From assembly GCA_049997855.1 (NCBI GenBank), contig JBEKSG010000002.1, positions 16,996 through 80,995 on the forward strand: a DNA stretch of 64,000 bases, in the 5' to 3' direction. The notes beneath the pieces are model-generated. The model saw only the letters and a program-made list of their open reading frames with translations, did no database searches and was not told the DNA's origin. Within the stretch, counting starts at the first letter, position 1, and each line of letters starts with the position of its first letter. Both the position numbers and the translations under genes were made by a program. This document shows positions 28,634-39,545 of this stretch, piece after piece. The DNA is from Minisyncoccia bacterium (GTDB taxonomy: Bacteria; Patescibacteriota; Minisyncoccia; Phycocordibacterales; SBAW01).

Positions 28634-29787
28634 ATTGCGATTGTCTTTTCGACCATGCGCGCAAGCATAAACTCGGCTCGCACTTTATATTGGAGTTGTT
28701 CGGCACAATTTTTGCGCAATACATCATTTTTAATCAAGAGCTCAAGCTTAGTCGCCAGTTGCTCTTTGTTTTTTGGCTCAAACAATAGTCCCGAGACATT
28801 CTCATCGATAATATCGACGTTCCCCGGGATTTTGCTCGCAACCGCTGCCAAGCCAGCTTGTCCAGCCTCAAGCAGTACATAAGGCAAGCCTTCCTTGACC
28901 GAAGGAAGCACGTAGATATCAAACGCTTTAAGATACCGGTATCCCTCGGGCACAAAACCGGCAAGATATACGCAATCTTCCAATTTATTTTCTTGTATGA
29001 CGCTCTCGAGCAGTTGCCGCTCGTCGCCCTCGCCGGCAATACACATCACAAAACTTATTTCTTTTTTGCGGAGCAAGCTCGCTGCGCCCACGAGATATCG
29101 CAACCCTTTATTTTTTGTCAGCTCGCCGAGTGTCCCTATCCACGGGACCGCAAGGTGTAACCTTCGCTCAGGACTCTCAAGGTTACACCTCGCGGCCAAT
29201 TCTTTGCGCGCTTCTGTTTTGCTTAAAAACTCCAGCGTCGGCAAGCCGTTGTATATCAAGTGAATTTTGCGCGCACAAAACGGGAATGCTCGCGCGCGAC
29301 GATACGTGTCTTTTGATATGACGATAATGCGCGTGCAAAGCAAGAATGTTGCCCATGTTGCCAGCCATAGCCCCGCGCGTGCAAGAAAGCCGCGGTCTTC
29401 GTCATACGCGAGGCCGTGCGAGGTAAAGACAATTTTTTTGATGCCAGCGAGCCGTCCCGCAAGCGCGCCGATGCCTCCCACTTTGGATGAATTGAGATGC
29501 ACGATATCGGGCCTCTCTCGCTTGCATATGCGCACAAGCGCGCGAAACGCGCGCCAGTCGTTGCGGATGGAGACGTCGCGACCAAGCTCGGATATAAAAA
29601 TCGTGCGGATGTTTTGCTCGTGAAGCTGTTGTGCCAATCTGCCGGCAGGAGCTCCCGCCACCCCCGTGCCGCCAAAGGCAACCGCTATATCGAACTGCTC
29701 CCGGGGCAGGACAGTAGCGAGGTCAAACACGTAGCGCTGGGCGCCTCCCCAGTTGGATTTGGTAATAATAAACAAGATTTTTTTCAT
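28621..29787 (-). CDS. glycosyltransferase, family GT4
   Basis: GT-B fold; EGLPYVLLEAGQAGLAAVASKIPG motif. Confidence 0.8.
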   Translation of the reverse strand: MKKILFIITKSNWGGAQRYVFDLATVLPREQFDIAVAFGGTGVAGAPAGRLAQQLHEQNIRTIFISELGRDVSIRNDWRAFRALVRICKRERPDIVHLNSSKVGGIGALAGRLAGIKKIVFTSHGLAYDEDRGFLARAGLWLATWATFLLCTRIIVISKDTYRRARAFPFCARKIHLIYNGLPTLEFLSKTEARKELAARCNLESPERRLHLAVPWIGTLGELTKNKGLRYLVGAASLLRKKEISFVMCIAGEGDERQLLESVIQENKLEDCVYLAGFVPEGYRYLKAFDIYVLPSVKEGLPYVLLEAGQAGLAAVASKIPGNVDIIDENVSGLLFEPKNKEQLATKLELLIKNDVLRKNCAEQLQYKVRAEFMLARMVEKTIAIYIS

Positions 29788-29831
29788 ACTTCGTATGCGA
29801 CTTTCTTTTTATCCATTTTGTTGTATTATAT

Positions 29832-31190
29832 ATGAATTATATGACGCCGGCATTACGTCCTCGGACCTCGGTCCTTTTCCTGGGGGATATCGTCTTTTTT
29901 GTATTTTCGCTCTGGCTGTCGCTCTTTTTGCGTGTATTTGAGGCGCCTTCGAGCGAGCTGTTTATGGCGCACCTCCGGCCGTTTTCGCTCCTGTTTGTGG
30001 CGTGGGTCGGCGTCTTTTTTATCGCGGGACTCTACGAGAGCCGCTCCATTATATTGGAGCGTCGGGCAATCTCCGCAACGCTCCTTACCGCGCAGATAGT
30101 CAATGTGATTATTGCGGCGCTCTTTTTCTTTTTTGTTCCTCTCTTTGGTATCGCTCCCAAAACACTCCTCTTTATTTATCTCGCCGTTTCCTTCCTGTGC
30201 GTATTTTTGTGGCGTGTAGTGCTCTTTCCTCAACTTGGTTTCCAAAAAAAAGAAAACGCAATCGTGGTGGGAGCGGGGGCTGAGATAGACGAGCTTGTTG
30301 AAGCTCTGCGTTTGGCGCGACACGCTCCCGCGCACATTGCTGCCGTGATAGGGCCTGACAAAGAGTCGCTTGCAGCAGCAGTTAAAGAAGCGGTGGCGCG
30401 CTACCGCCCGCGCTTTATCATTGCCGATTTTAGCGACAGGGATGTGTTGGAAGCCTTCCCCGAGTTGTATAACTATCTAGCGCAGGGGATACGTTTCTTT
30501 GATGCGCTCACGCTCTACGAGGAAGTGTTTGGTCGCGTGCCGCTCTCCGTGTTAAACGAGCACTGGATTGCCGACAATGTTTCGCGCACATCCAATCGGC
30601 TCTACGATATTGTTAAACGGATAATGGATATCGTTGTCGCAAGTGTCGCCGGCGTGGTTTCTCTCATCACGTATCCTTTTGTGATGCTTGCACTCAAAAT
30701 ACAGGATGGCGGCTCGTTGTTCGTGCAACTCGATAGGGTGGGGAAAAACAATCAGGTCTTTAAGCTCATTAAATTTCGCAGCATGTCGGGCAACGACAAC
30801 GCCGACTACGGAAAGAGTGGCGCCACTAAGCTCATTGTCACACCGGTGGGCAAGGTGTTGCGCACCTCGCGCCTCGACGAAATAGTGCAATTTTGGAACG
30901 TCGTTAAAGGAGATATGTCTCTCATCGGACCGCGGCCCGAGGCGCCTGCGCTGGTTGCTTTGTACGAAAAAAATATTCCGTACTACGGTGCGCGGCATCT
31001 TATCAGGCCAGGACTCTCGGGCTGGGCACAGCTTTATCATGACAATCATCCGCATCATGGCACCGAGGTTGAACCCACGCGCGAAAAGCTCTCGTACGAT
31101 TTGTATTACATAAAGCACCGCTCGCTTTTGCTCGACCTTACGATTGCGCTCAAAACCATAAAGAAACTTCTTACGAGGAGTGGGGTATAG
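29832..31190 (+). CDS. polyprenyl-phosphate sugar phosphotransferase (WbaP-like bacterial sugar transferase)
   Basis: N-terminal TM helices; C-terminal Bac_transf domain (KFRSM .. DEIVQFWNVVKGDMSLIGPRPE). Confidence 0.8.
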   Translation: MNYMTPALRPRTSVLFLGDIVFFVFSLWLSLFLRVFEAPSSELFMAHLRPFSLLFVAWVGVFFIAGLYESRSIILERRAISATLLTAQIVNVIIAALFFFFVPLFGIAPKTLLFIYLAVSFLCVFLWRVVLFPQLGFQKKENAIVVGAGAEIDELVEALRLARHAPAHIAAVIGPDKESLAAAVKEAVARYRPRFIIADFSDRDVLEAFPELYNYLAQGIRFFDALTLYEEVFGRVPLSVLNEHWIADNVSRTSNRLYDIVKRIMDIVVASVAGVVSLITYPFVMLALKIQDGGSLFVQLDRVGKNNQVFKLIKFRSMSGNDNADYGKSGATKLIVTPVGKVLRTSRLDEIVQFWNVVKGDMSLIGPRPEAPALVALYEKNIPYYGARHLIRPGLSGWAQLYHDNHPHHGTEVEPTREKLSYDLYYIKHRSLLLDLTIALKTIKKLLTRSGV

Positions 31191-31198
31191 TTTTTTAT

Positions 31199-31993
31199 AT
31201 GATCATAGACGGCAAAAGAATATCGCAGGAGATTATTGAGTCACTCGAGGCCGAGCGTAACACACTGCCGCCCGTTTTGCGGCTTGGGTTTGTGCTTGCC
31301 GAAGGTAACGAAGCCTCGGCATCTTTTGTGCGGATGAAAGAGCGTTTGGCAAACAAGTTGCAAGTAGTTGTCTTGCGAGAGGAAGTACATGAAACCGAGC
31401 AAGCTATATACGCGGTCGAACGCCTCGTAGGTCGCACCGATGGAGTCATCGTGCAATTGCCGTTGCCTGCGCACGTTGATACTGACGCCGTTTTACGCGC
31501 CATCCCTCCGTCTCATGATATTGATGCCGAAAACCCCGGCACGCATTCGCGCTTTGTGCGCGCTCCTGTCGCAGAAGCTATTTCAGAAATATTGGTGCGG
31601 ATTAATTTCTCTGCGGCAAATAAAAAGGCGGTTGTGATAGGCGCCGGCAGACTGGTTGGGACTCCCGCTGCAGCATTATTCAAAGAGTTAGGGGCGGATG
31701 TGTCGGTGATAACTCATACCAAAGGCTCACTCAATGAACTACAAGATGCCGATATAGTGGTGCTTGGCGCGGGCGAGCCGGGCTTGGTCAAGCCGGAGAT
31801 GCTTAAAGAGGGCGTCGTATTGATAGACGCTGGCACGTCAGAGTCGGCAGGCAAGCTCGCGGGCGATGCCGACCCACGCTGCGCCGAGGTTGCCTCGGTA
31901 TTTACGCCGGTACCCGGTGGCATCGGCCCCATAGCGGTCGCTATGCTGTTTAAAAATCTTTTTGCGCTTGTGCGGCTCTCTAAAGTTAGTTAA
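31199..31993 (+). CDS. folD: bifunctional methylene-THF dehydrogenase / methenyl-THF cyclohydrolase
   Basis: VQLPLP and PVPGGIGP motifs; length and domain order. Confidence 0.85.
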   Translation: MIIDGKRISQEIIESLEAERNTLPPVLRLGFVLAEGNEASASFVRMKERLANKLQVVVLREEVHETEQAIYAVERLVGRTDGVIVQLPLPAHVDTDAVLRAIPPSHDIDAENPGTHSRFVRAPVAEAISEILVRINFSAANKKAVVIGAGRLVGTPAAALFKELGADVSVITHTKGSLNELQDADIVVLGAGEPGLVKPEMLKEGVVLIDAGTSESAGKLAGDADPRCAEVASVFTPVPGGIGPIAVAMLFKNLFALVRLSKVS

Positions 31994-32469
31994 TTGCCGT
32001 TAACGGTATATATCACTTTGGTACCGTTGACGAACACCGCGCTCAGTACCGGAGTATTGCCCGCGCTGTCGGCTCCAAAGCCGACGCTAAAGGTTTGCGG
32101 CTTGTTGGAATCGGCGCATGAACTGGTAGCTGTGGTGTTAACAATAAAAGCAAAGCGGACGGGATTTTTTGCATACGTCGGCGTCTGTACGCTTACCGCT
32201 TGGCAGGAACCGATGGCAGGCAACGAGCCGCTGTAGTTGACCAAGGTACCCATGCCAGTTACATGCTGGGTTGTCCGAGTAATCAAGAGCGGCGAGGAAG
32301 TTGAGAACGTGTAGGGATTTTGAGCAGGCAGCACAATGGTATTGGTATTCGCCGAAGGTACAGGCATCCCCGAAAAAAACATACGCAACAGCAAAAAACA
32401 AACCACCAACAGTGCCACGCCGAGTACCATTACGATAACGTGCTTTTTGGAAAGGGATTTTTGATCCAT
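31990..32469 (-). CDS. hypothetical secreted protein with N-terminal anchor
   Basis: hydrophobic N-terminus, Thr/Ser-rich. Confidence 0.45.
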   Translation of the reverse strand: MDQKSLSKKHVIVMVLGVALLVVCFLLLRMFFSGMPVPSANTNTIVLPAQNPYTFSTSSPLLITRTTQHVTGMGTLVNYSGSLPAIGSCQAVSVQTPTYAKNPVRFAFIVNTTATSSCADSNKPQTFSVGFGADSAGNTPVLSAVFVNGTKVIYTVNGN

Positions 32470-32524
32470 ACGTATACATTTAGTATACCTGCGAAAGAAA
32501 AGTTTATATTAGTTATCCCCATAC

Positions 32525-34201
32525 GTGTTTAAACCGGCTGCGGTCAGGGGTATACTAACAGCAAGTATGTATATGAACGCTTTTTTGCTTAAACATGGCG
32601 TGCGCCCTATTTTTCTTGTATTGCTGTTGTTGTCTACTTTTATGCTTTTACCTCTCGCGGCGCACGCGCAATCGCTCCCGTATCCTTTGGAAACAAACTT
32701 AAACCTCAATTGGCTCTGCTACAATCGTGCAGACCATTTACCAGCTTGTACTCCGGATCAGTTTGCTAACACGCAAATGGTAGGAGAGTTTACTATCACC
32801 AACACTTCGGGTTCCACTGCCGAAGGCTATACTCTCGGAAACGGCACGGTAGGATATGTGGGCTCTTCTATTATCGCCTCTCCTGGAGAACCCCTGACGT
32901 TGTCGTGGTCGTTCGATCTCGCGCTTACACAACTTGATTGGAAGTGTACCAATGAAGTTCTTGGTGTATGTGTCGGTTATGGATTTATACCAGTTGTCAC
33001 CAACACGTTTTATAATTACGGCATAAGCAGCAACTTTGGCCAAAGCTCGCAATACGGCACAACGGTAATTGCCGCGCCCTCAAGCGGGAGCGCCACCTAT
33101 ACTATAGGTGGCATATTTGGAAACGTGACTTATACGACATATACAAAACCCTCTTTGTGCATGACGGAAGATGAGAGCGGCATGTGCATCTCGTGGGGCT
33201 GTCCTGTCTTTATCTATGGCTCTGGCTGGACTCTTGTAGGGGACCAGTATTCTAGTTCCTCTTATTGTGAAAAAACTGTAGCTATTCAACCGACAACAGT
33301 AGTTAATCTCTCTCTCACGGTAAATGTATCAGGGACTGCTCCGCCGCCTATGCCAACAGCCAGCCTCACTCCTGCATCGGAGACGATTGCCGTCGGACAG
33401 CCAGTCACGTTTAACCTCTCCGCTACGGCAGGGACTGGCGATTCCATAACAAACACCGCTATCACCGAGTCGACCGATGGCGGGGCAGACCAGACGCCGG
33501 TCGTATCTGGGAGCGCCACAAGCCAAACCTACTCGTTTACGCCGACCGCCGCCGGCACCTATGACTTTTATGGCTTGGTTACCACTGCCCACTACGCCGC
33601 TTCCAACCCGTCGGGCGCGCACACCACCCTCACGGTAAACAACCCGCTTTGCTCCGCAGCCTCAAACGGCGGCGCCACTGGTACTTGGCCAAACTGTGTC
33701 TGCAACAACGGCGGCACCTACACCTCAAGCACCAATAGTTGCGGTAATCCACCACCAGCTTCCTGCACCTTTAATGGCAATACTATTCCCAGCGGCAACT
33801 CTGTTACTGCCTATCAAACCCCATTGGTTACGTTTCCTGCCACCTGCCAATCACAGATACGCACCTGCACCGATGGCACACTCTCCGGCTCGTATGCATA
33901 CCCCTCATGCTCGGTGACAATCCCCGCAGGCTCCATCAGCTCCTTTACCGCAACGCCGAGCCGTGTCCACCCGGGAGGCTCCACCACGCTCACCTGGTCT
34001 ACCGCCAACATGGCTTCCTGCACGGTTACCTCAAGTGACACGCCACCACAAACTTTGAGCACCGCGCTCAACTCCACAGGTCTCCTTGTACAAAATATCA
34101 CGCACGTCGAGGTCTACACGCTTTCATGCCTCGACAACAACAGCGCTCCTTTCGTCAGCCAAGTGAAGGTTAGTCTGGTGCCGGTTTACCAGGAGCTGTA
34201 A
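32525..34201 (+). CDS. large secreted Cys-rich hypothetical protein
   Basis: signal peptide/TM; many Cys in CxxC-like spacing; T/S-rich; no recognised domain. Confidence 0.5.
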   Translation: MFKPAAVRGILTASMYMNAFLLKHGVRPIFLVLLLLSTFMLLPLAAHAQSLPYPLETNLNLNWLCYNRADHLPACTPDQFANTQMVGEFTITNTSGSTAEGYTLGNGTVGYVGSSIIASPGEPLTLSWSFDLALTQLDWKCTNEVLGVCVGYGFIPVVTNTFYNYGISSNFGQSSQYGTTVIAAPSSGSATYTIGGIFGNVTYTTYTKPSLCMTEDESGMCISWGCPVFIYGSGWTLVGDQYSSSSYCEKTVAIQPTTVVNLSLTVNVSGTAPPPMPTASLTPASETIAVGQPVTFNLSATAGTGDSITNTAITESTDGGADQTPVVSGSATSQTYSFTPTAAGTYDFYGLVTTAHYAASNPSGAHTTLTVNNPLCSAASNGGATGTWPNCVCNNGGTYTSSTNSCGNPPPASCTFNGNTIPSGNSVTAYQTPLVTFPATCQSQIRTCTDGTLSGSYAYPSCSVTIPAGSISSFTATPSRVHPGGSTTLTWSTANMASCTVTSSDTPPQTLSTALNSTGLLVQNITHVEVYTLSCLDNNSAPFVSQVKVSLVPVYQEL

Positions 34202-34261
34202 GTTTACCTTGTTATTAAACGGTCTTTGCGCATATAAGGGAAATCTGCTATTCTCACAGCC

Positions 34262-35587
34262 ATGTTTGCTTTGCGTTACAGCGCCGTCATTATTCTCATT
34301 GTCGCCGGGGCATTGGGGTTTTTTATATGGCACACCACCGGCACAGGCGGCCGCTTTGACTTTAAACTCGGGCTCGATCTCTCGGGCGGCACCGAGCTTA
34401 CCTATAGCGCCGATACCAGCAAGGTGCCCGCAAGCCAGGTTGAGGATTCGCTCGCGTCGCTCCAAACGGTCATCGAGCGCCGCGTCAACGCCTTCGGCGT
34501 TTCCGAGCCGCAGGTGCAGACCGCACAGGGCGGCGCGCTTGGTACCGGCCAATATCGTCTCATGATCGACCTTCCGGGCATTACCAATGTCGACCAAGCA
34601 ATTGCAATGATAGGGCAGACGCCGCTTTTGGAGTTTAAATTGGTCAAACCCGGTTTTGAAGCATCGACCACGCTGCCCGACGGCACGCCAAATCCCGCGG
34701 CGTTTGCCGACACCGGTCTTACTGGCGAGTATCTTTCTTCGGCGGCATTGCAGTTTGGCAACGGCTCGAGCGCGCTCGCGACCGCGCCGTTAGTCCAGAT
34801 CAACTTTAACAGCCAGGGCGCGGCGCTTTTCTCGCAGATTACCGGCAGCAATGTTGGGCACGAGCTCGCCATCTTCCTCGACGGGCAGCTCATCTCGGCT
34901 CCGGTTATCGATCAAAAAATAGACGGCGGCACAGCCGTTATCTCGGGCAACTTTACCGCCGAGAGCGCCAAGTCGCTAGCCGACAATCTTAACCTCGGCG
35001 CGTTGCCGGTGCCGATTACGCTCGTCTCAACGCAAACGATAGGTCCGACGCTTGGCGAGCAGGCAACGCACGCAGGCGTCGTGGCGGGCATTATTGGCTT
35101 TATTGTTCTCTCTATCTTTTTAATACTGTGGTACCGCTTGCCGGGCGTCGTGGCGGTTGTCTCGCTCGTCATCTACTCGATACTCATGCTCACGATTTTC
35201 AAATTAATCCCCGTGGTGCTCACGGCTGCGGGCTTGGCAGGCTTTATACTCTCGGTGGGTTTGGCGGTTGACGCCAACATCCTCATTGCCGAGCGCATGA
35301 AGGAGGAGCTGGCCGCGGGCAAAAAGGCGGATGTGGCTATTCGCGAAGGATTCTCTCGGGCATGGCTTGCCATCCGTGACAGCAACATTGCGCACCTGAT
35401 TGCCAGTGTCATTCTCTTTTGGCTCGGCACCTCCATCATCAAAGGTTTTGCACTCGTGTTTGGGCTCGGCGTCATCGTTTCGATGTTCTCGGCCATAACT
35501 ATTTCACGCACCTTTCTCTTGGCGCTCGGCATCAACACAGAGAGCCGTGTCGGCCGCTTCTTGATGCGCTCCGGTTTCAATACATAA
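34262..35587 (+). CDS. secD: protein translocase subunit SecD
   Basis: large periplasmic loop plus 6 TM helices, GLDLSGG start; adjacent secF. Confidence 0.85.
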   Translation: MFALRYSAVIILIVAGALGFFIWHTTGTGGRFDFKLGLDLSGGTELTYSADTSKVPASQVEDSLASLQTVIERRVNAFGVSEPQVQTAQGGALGTGQYRLMIDLPGITNVDQAIAMIGQTPLLEFKLVKPGFEASTTLPDGTPNPAAFADTGLTGEYLSSAALQFGNGSSALATAPLVQINFNSQGAALFSQITGSNVGHELAIFLDGQLISAPVIDQKIDGGTAVISGNFTAESAKSLADNLNLGALPVPITLVSTQTIGPTLGEQATHAGVVAGIIGFIVLSIFLILWYRLPGVVAVVSLVIYSILMLTIFKLIPVVLTAAGLAGFILSVGLAVDANILIAERMKEELAAGKKADVAIREGFSRAWLAIRDSNIAHLIASVILFWLGTSIIKGFALVFGLGVIVSMFSAITISRTFLLALGINTESRVGRFLMRSGFNT

Positions 35588-35588
35588 T

Positions 35589-36524
35589 ATGAATTTAATG
35601 AAGCACGAAAAACGATTGCTCTTGGTACCGGCGGTACTATCGCTGTTGGCGGTCATCATGTTGCTCCTGTGGGGGCTCAAGCCGGGCATTGATCTTACCG
35701 GCGGCTCGCTTTTGCAGGTGTCATATCAAACAACAAGCCTGCCGTCTATTGTGCAGGTGCAAAACGCGGTTGCGCCGGTAGCCGCCTCGCTCAACCTCGG
35801 CGAGGTGCGGGTCCAGCCGACCGGCACCAACGGATATACGCTCACCGAGCGTGCGCTTACCAATAGCGAAAAGAACGCTCTTGAACAAACACTCGGCACG
35901 CTCGGACCCATCCACGAAGACGAGTTTACCTCGGTCTCGCCGACCATCGGACAGGAATTACTCGATAAGGGGCTCATTGCTCTCGGGCTTGTGGCGGTAT
36001 GCATCATCCTCTTTATCGCGTTCGCTTTTCGCAAGGTGTCTAAGCCGGTTGCTTCGTGGAAGTACGGCATCATCGCTATTATTACCCTGATACATGACAT
36101 TTTAATCCCCACGGGCCTTTTTGCGCTCCTCGGTCATATGGCAGGCGCCGAGGTTGACTCGCTGTTTATTGTGGCGCTCCTGACTTTGCTCGGCGTTTCT
36201 ATCAACAACACTATTGTTGTCTTTGACCGCATCCGCGAAAATCTCGGCAACGTCGGCAAAAAAGAGACCTTCGACGAAACGGTCGGCCGCTCAATCATGC
36301 AAACGCTTACCCGCTCCATCAACACCTCGCTCACGGTGGTCATCGTGCTTGCCGCGCTCTACTTTGTAGGCCCTGCCTCGACGCAAGATTTTGCGCTCAC
36401 GCTCATTGTGGGCATGGTCGCCGGCACCTACTCGTCTATCTTCCTCGCGTCTCCGCTCTTGGTTGCATGGGAGCGATTTTCTTCCGCTCGCAAGCTCGCT
36501 CCGCAGTCTCGCAACTCTAAATAA
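35589..36524 (+). CDS. secF: protein translocase subunit SecF
   Basis: GIDLTGGS motif, 6 TM helices, follows secD. Confidence 0.85.
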   Translation: MNLMKHEKRLLLVPAVLSLLAVIMLLLWGLKPGIDLTGGSLLQVSYQTTSLPSIVQVQNAVAPVAASLNLGEVRVQPTGTNGYTLTERALTNSEKNALEQTLGTLGPIHEDEFTSVSPTIGQELLDKGLIALGLVAVCIILFIAFAFRKVSKPVASWKYGIIAIITLIHDILIPTGLFALLGHMAGAEVDSLFIVALLTLLGVSINNTIVVFDRIRENLGNVGKKETFDETVGRSIMQTLTRSINTSLTVVIVLAALYFVGPASTQDFALTLIVGMVAGTYSSIFLASPLLVAWERFSSARKLAPQSRNSK

Positions 36525-36637
36525 TTTGGTATTATAGTGCGGATGATAATCGGCATTGCAGGAACACACGGTGCAGGAAAGCTCGAGGCTCCAAAATAAC
36601 CTTGCGGGGCAACGGTTTTTTTGCCCCCACGAGGAGC

Positions 36638-36665
36638 TTGACTCTCTCCTCATTATGACTATACT
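36638..36665 (+). promoter_or_regulatory. sigma-70 promoter TTGACT-16-TATACT for 16S rRNA
   Basis: about 250 nt upstream of the 16S 5' end. Confidence 0.5.
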
Positions 36666-38251
36666 GTGCCTACTGCCTTTGGGCGGTTTTTGTTTGGACT
36701 GGGCAGTGTTCGTTGACAATTGAATACGTAAATTGAGAAATGAAAAATTGTAAACTATAGACAATTGATCACAACTTAAGCAAGAAACCAAAGTCCTCCC
36801 GATCTTTTCCACCGGGAGGCAGCAGGAGATTTTCTATCAGTCGCAAGGCTGGTCGCCTTTCTCTTGTTCCGTTCATCGAGCTAAAAAAGAGAATTTATTT
36901 TCTTTAATTCAGAGTTTGATCCTAGCTCAGGATGAATGCTGGCGGCGTGGATAAGGCATGCAAGTCGAGCGGACCGCAAGGTCAGCGGCAGACGAGGTAG
37001 TAATATACAGGTACGCACCGAAGAGTCGGGCATAGCCAGCCGAAAGGTTGGGTAATTCCCGATAGTCCTTCCGAGGTAAAGGAGTCTATTTATTTAGACT
37101 TGCGCTTTTTGAGCGGCCTGTACAGCATCAGCTAGTTGGTACGGTAACGGCGTACCAAGGCTATGACGCTTAGGGGAGCTGAGAGGCTGACCCCCACCGA
37201 TAGCACTGAGACACGGGCTATACACCTACGGGTGGCTGCAGTCAAGAAACTTCCACAATGGGCGAAAGCCTGATGGAGCGACGCCGCGTGGTTGATGAAG
37301 TCCTTCGGGACGTAAAAACCTTTTATGAGGGAAGAAGTAATTGACGTTACCTCATGAATAAGGGGCTCCTAACTCTGTGCCAGCAGGAGCGGTAATACAG
37401 AGGCCCCAAGCATTATCCGGAATCACTGGGCGTAAAGGGTGTGTAGGCGGTCGTATTAGTCTTTTGTTAAAGTTCCGGGGCTTACCCTCGGAAGTGCAGG
37501 AGAAACGGTACGACTAAGAGGGTGCGAGAGGTAAAGGGAACTCATGGTGTAGGGGTGAAATCCGTTGATATCATGGGGAACACCAAATGCGAAGGCACTT
37601 TACTGGCGCACTCCTGACGCTGAAACACGAAAGCGTGGGAATCGAACGGGATTAGATACCCCGGTAGTCCACGCCCTAAACGATCCTAACTGGTTTTGAG
37701 GAGTATCGACCCTCTTCGAGACGAAGCCAACGCGTTAAGTTAGGCGCCTGGGTAGTACGATCGCAAGATTAAAACTCAAAGGAATAGACGGGGACTTGCA
37801 CAAGCGGTGGATCATGCGGCTCAATTCGATGACAAACGAAGAACCTCACCAGGGTTTGAAACTCTGACGAAATCCCATGGAAACATGGGACCCCGCAAGG
37901 CGGCAGAGCAGGTGATGCATGGTCGTCGTCAGTTCGTGGCTTGAGTTGTTCCCTTCAGTGGGGTAACGAACGCAACCCTCGTTGCCTGTTTTATATGTCA
38001 GGCGAGACTGCCCCCTCACGGGGGAGGAAGGTGAGGATGACGCCAGATCAGCATGTCCCTCTGATATCCTGGGCTGCACGCATGATACAATGCACTCGAC
38101 AACGGGTTGCGACGGAGTAATCCTGAGCTAATCCTTATAAACGAGTGCTCAGTTCGGATTGAGGTCTGCAACCCGACCTCATGAAGCCGGAATCGCTAGT
38201 AATCGCGGGTCAGCTATACCGCGGTGAATACGTTCTCAAGTCTTGTACTCA

Positions 38252-39107
38252 CAATAAACGCGCACAGCAGCGCGCATATCTACGCGGTTAAAATCCGCGC
38301 CTCCAATTCGTCGTTGGAGCGTAGCATAAGGGCAGTTCTACTATCCGCGAGGAATAGGGCGGAGGGCCCGGACGCAAAAAGCAGCCTTTGCAACACAAGA
38401 GCTACTCGACCTACCAGTAGGCGGTGAGGGTAGGGAAGAATCTTACAAAGCTCGCATTGGATGTTTGGAATAGATAGGTGCGTAACCTGTGGAGATCTGG
38501 TGCTGCAATCCTAAAAGTAGGATACAATAAATCTGACGCAGCGTCAGAAGTCAGCTGGGTCGTAGTATTCCGAAATAATTAATAATCGGAAGAAGGACCC
38601 TCTCAATGAAAAATCTAGAGTCCTCATATGTAGTTGGTTTGGTAGACGGCGAAGGAAGCTTTACCGTCTATGTGCGAGATCCTGATGTAAAGAAAGTCGC
38701 CCGGAGGCGAGTAATAGTAGAGCCAAAGTTCTACCTCAAGCTCATTGAGCGCGACAAGGAAATTCTCTTTGCTTTACAACGTTTTTTCGGATGCGGGAGC
38801 ATCTACTTTCAAAAAGATACCCGCCCCAATCACCAACATTGTTACCGATTTGAAGTCTTCCGGTGGGAAGAGCTTCAAACTAAAGTAATTCCATTCTTCA
38901 AGAAACACACTCTCAAGCTCAAATCCAAAAGAAACGATTTTGAAGTGTTTTGTCTAATGATGGAGCTTCTGTCAAAGAAAGCTCATTTGACAAAAGCAGG
39001 ACTTAGAAAGTTGCTCCAGTTGAAGCAACAAATGCATTGAGCTCGCCCGGTGCGGTAAATCCGCTCGCCGGGTGGAAACTTCAATTCTTAGATTTAAAGA
39101 ACAAAAT
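38252..39107 (+). mobile_element. group I intron in 16S (856 nt) encoding a LAGLIDADG endonuclease
   Basis: exon CTTGTACTCAC ends at 38251; exon CGCCCGTCAACTC resumes at 39108 (decoding-centre region). Confidence 0.6.
38606..39040 (+). CDS. LAGLIDADG homing endonuclease (intron-encoded), paralogous to the 23S-intron HEG at 23558
   Basis: VGLVDGEGSFTV, FGCGSI, KVIPFFKK shared with the 23558 ORF. Confidence 0.8.
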   Translation: MKNLESSYVVGLVDGEGSFTVYVRDPDVKKVARRRVIVEPKFYLKLIERDKEILFALQRFFGCGSIYFQKDTRPNHQHCYRFEVFRWEELQTKVIPFFKKHTLKLKSKRNDFEVFCLMMELLSKKAHLTKAGLRKLLQLKQQMH

Positions 39108-39502
39108 CGCCCGTCAACTCAAGGGAGCCGGGAGCACCCGAAGTTCCACTATGTGGACCCACGGTAAGCTCGGTGACAGGGAGTAAGTCGTAACAAGGCA
39201 CGGGTAGCGGAAGCTGCTCGTGGAATAATTCAAATGAACAGCGTTCTGTCCCTCGTACGAGGACAGAATTGAATCGGCGATCTCTTTCTTGTCTGCGCAA
39301 GCAGGCGTAAGAAAGAAGGAGTGATGATGCTAACTCTATATTGCATCCGGTACGCCCTTTGACCGCAAGGTCAAAACCGCAGGGCCTCGATGGCTCGAGA
39401 GTACTGTTTAAAAGTACAGAGCAGGAAGCCGAGCAAACAACGGAACAAGAGAAAGGTGTGGAAACTCAATGTACGTATTCAGTTGGAAACGCAACAGGCA
39501 AC

Positions 39503-39537
39503 AAAAAATCCCCCGCCACGAGTGGCGGGGGATTTTT
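39503..39537. terminator. bidirectional rho-independent terminator (AAAAAATCCCCCGCC-acgagt-GGCGGGGGATTTTT)
   Basis: 10-bp GC stem flanked by an A-run and a T-run; lies between 16S (plus strand) and the convergent minus-strand gene. Confidence 0.6.
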
Positions 39538-39545
39538 GGACGCAT

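Larger units (their letters stand above)
36911..39292 (+). rRNA. rrs: 16S rRNA gene with one group I intron (3' end uncertain)
   Basis: starts AGAGTTTGATCCTAGCTCAG; GTGCCAGCAGGAGCGGTAATAC; GTCGTAACAAGG at 39188-39199; h45-like hairpin ends at 39223. Confidence 0.85.
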
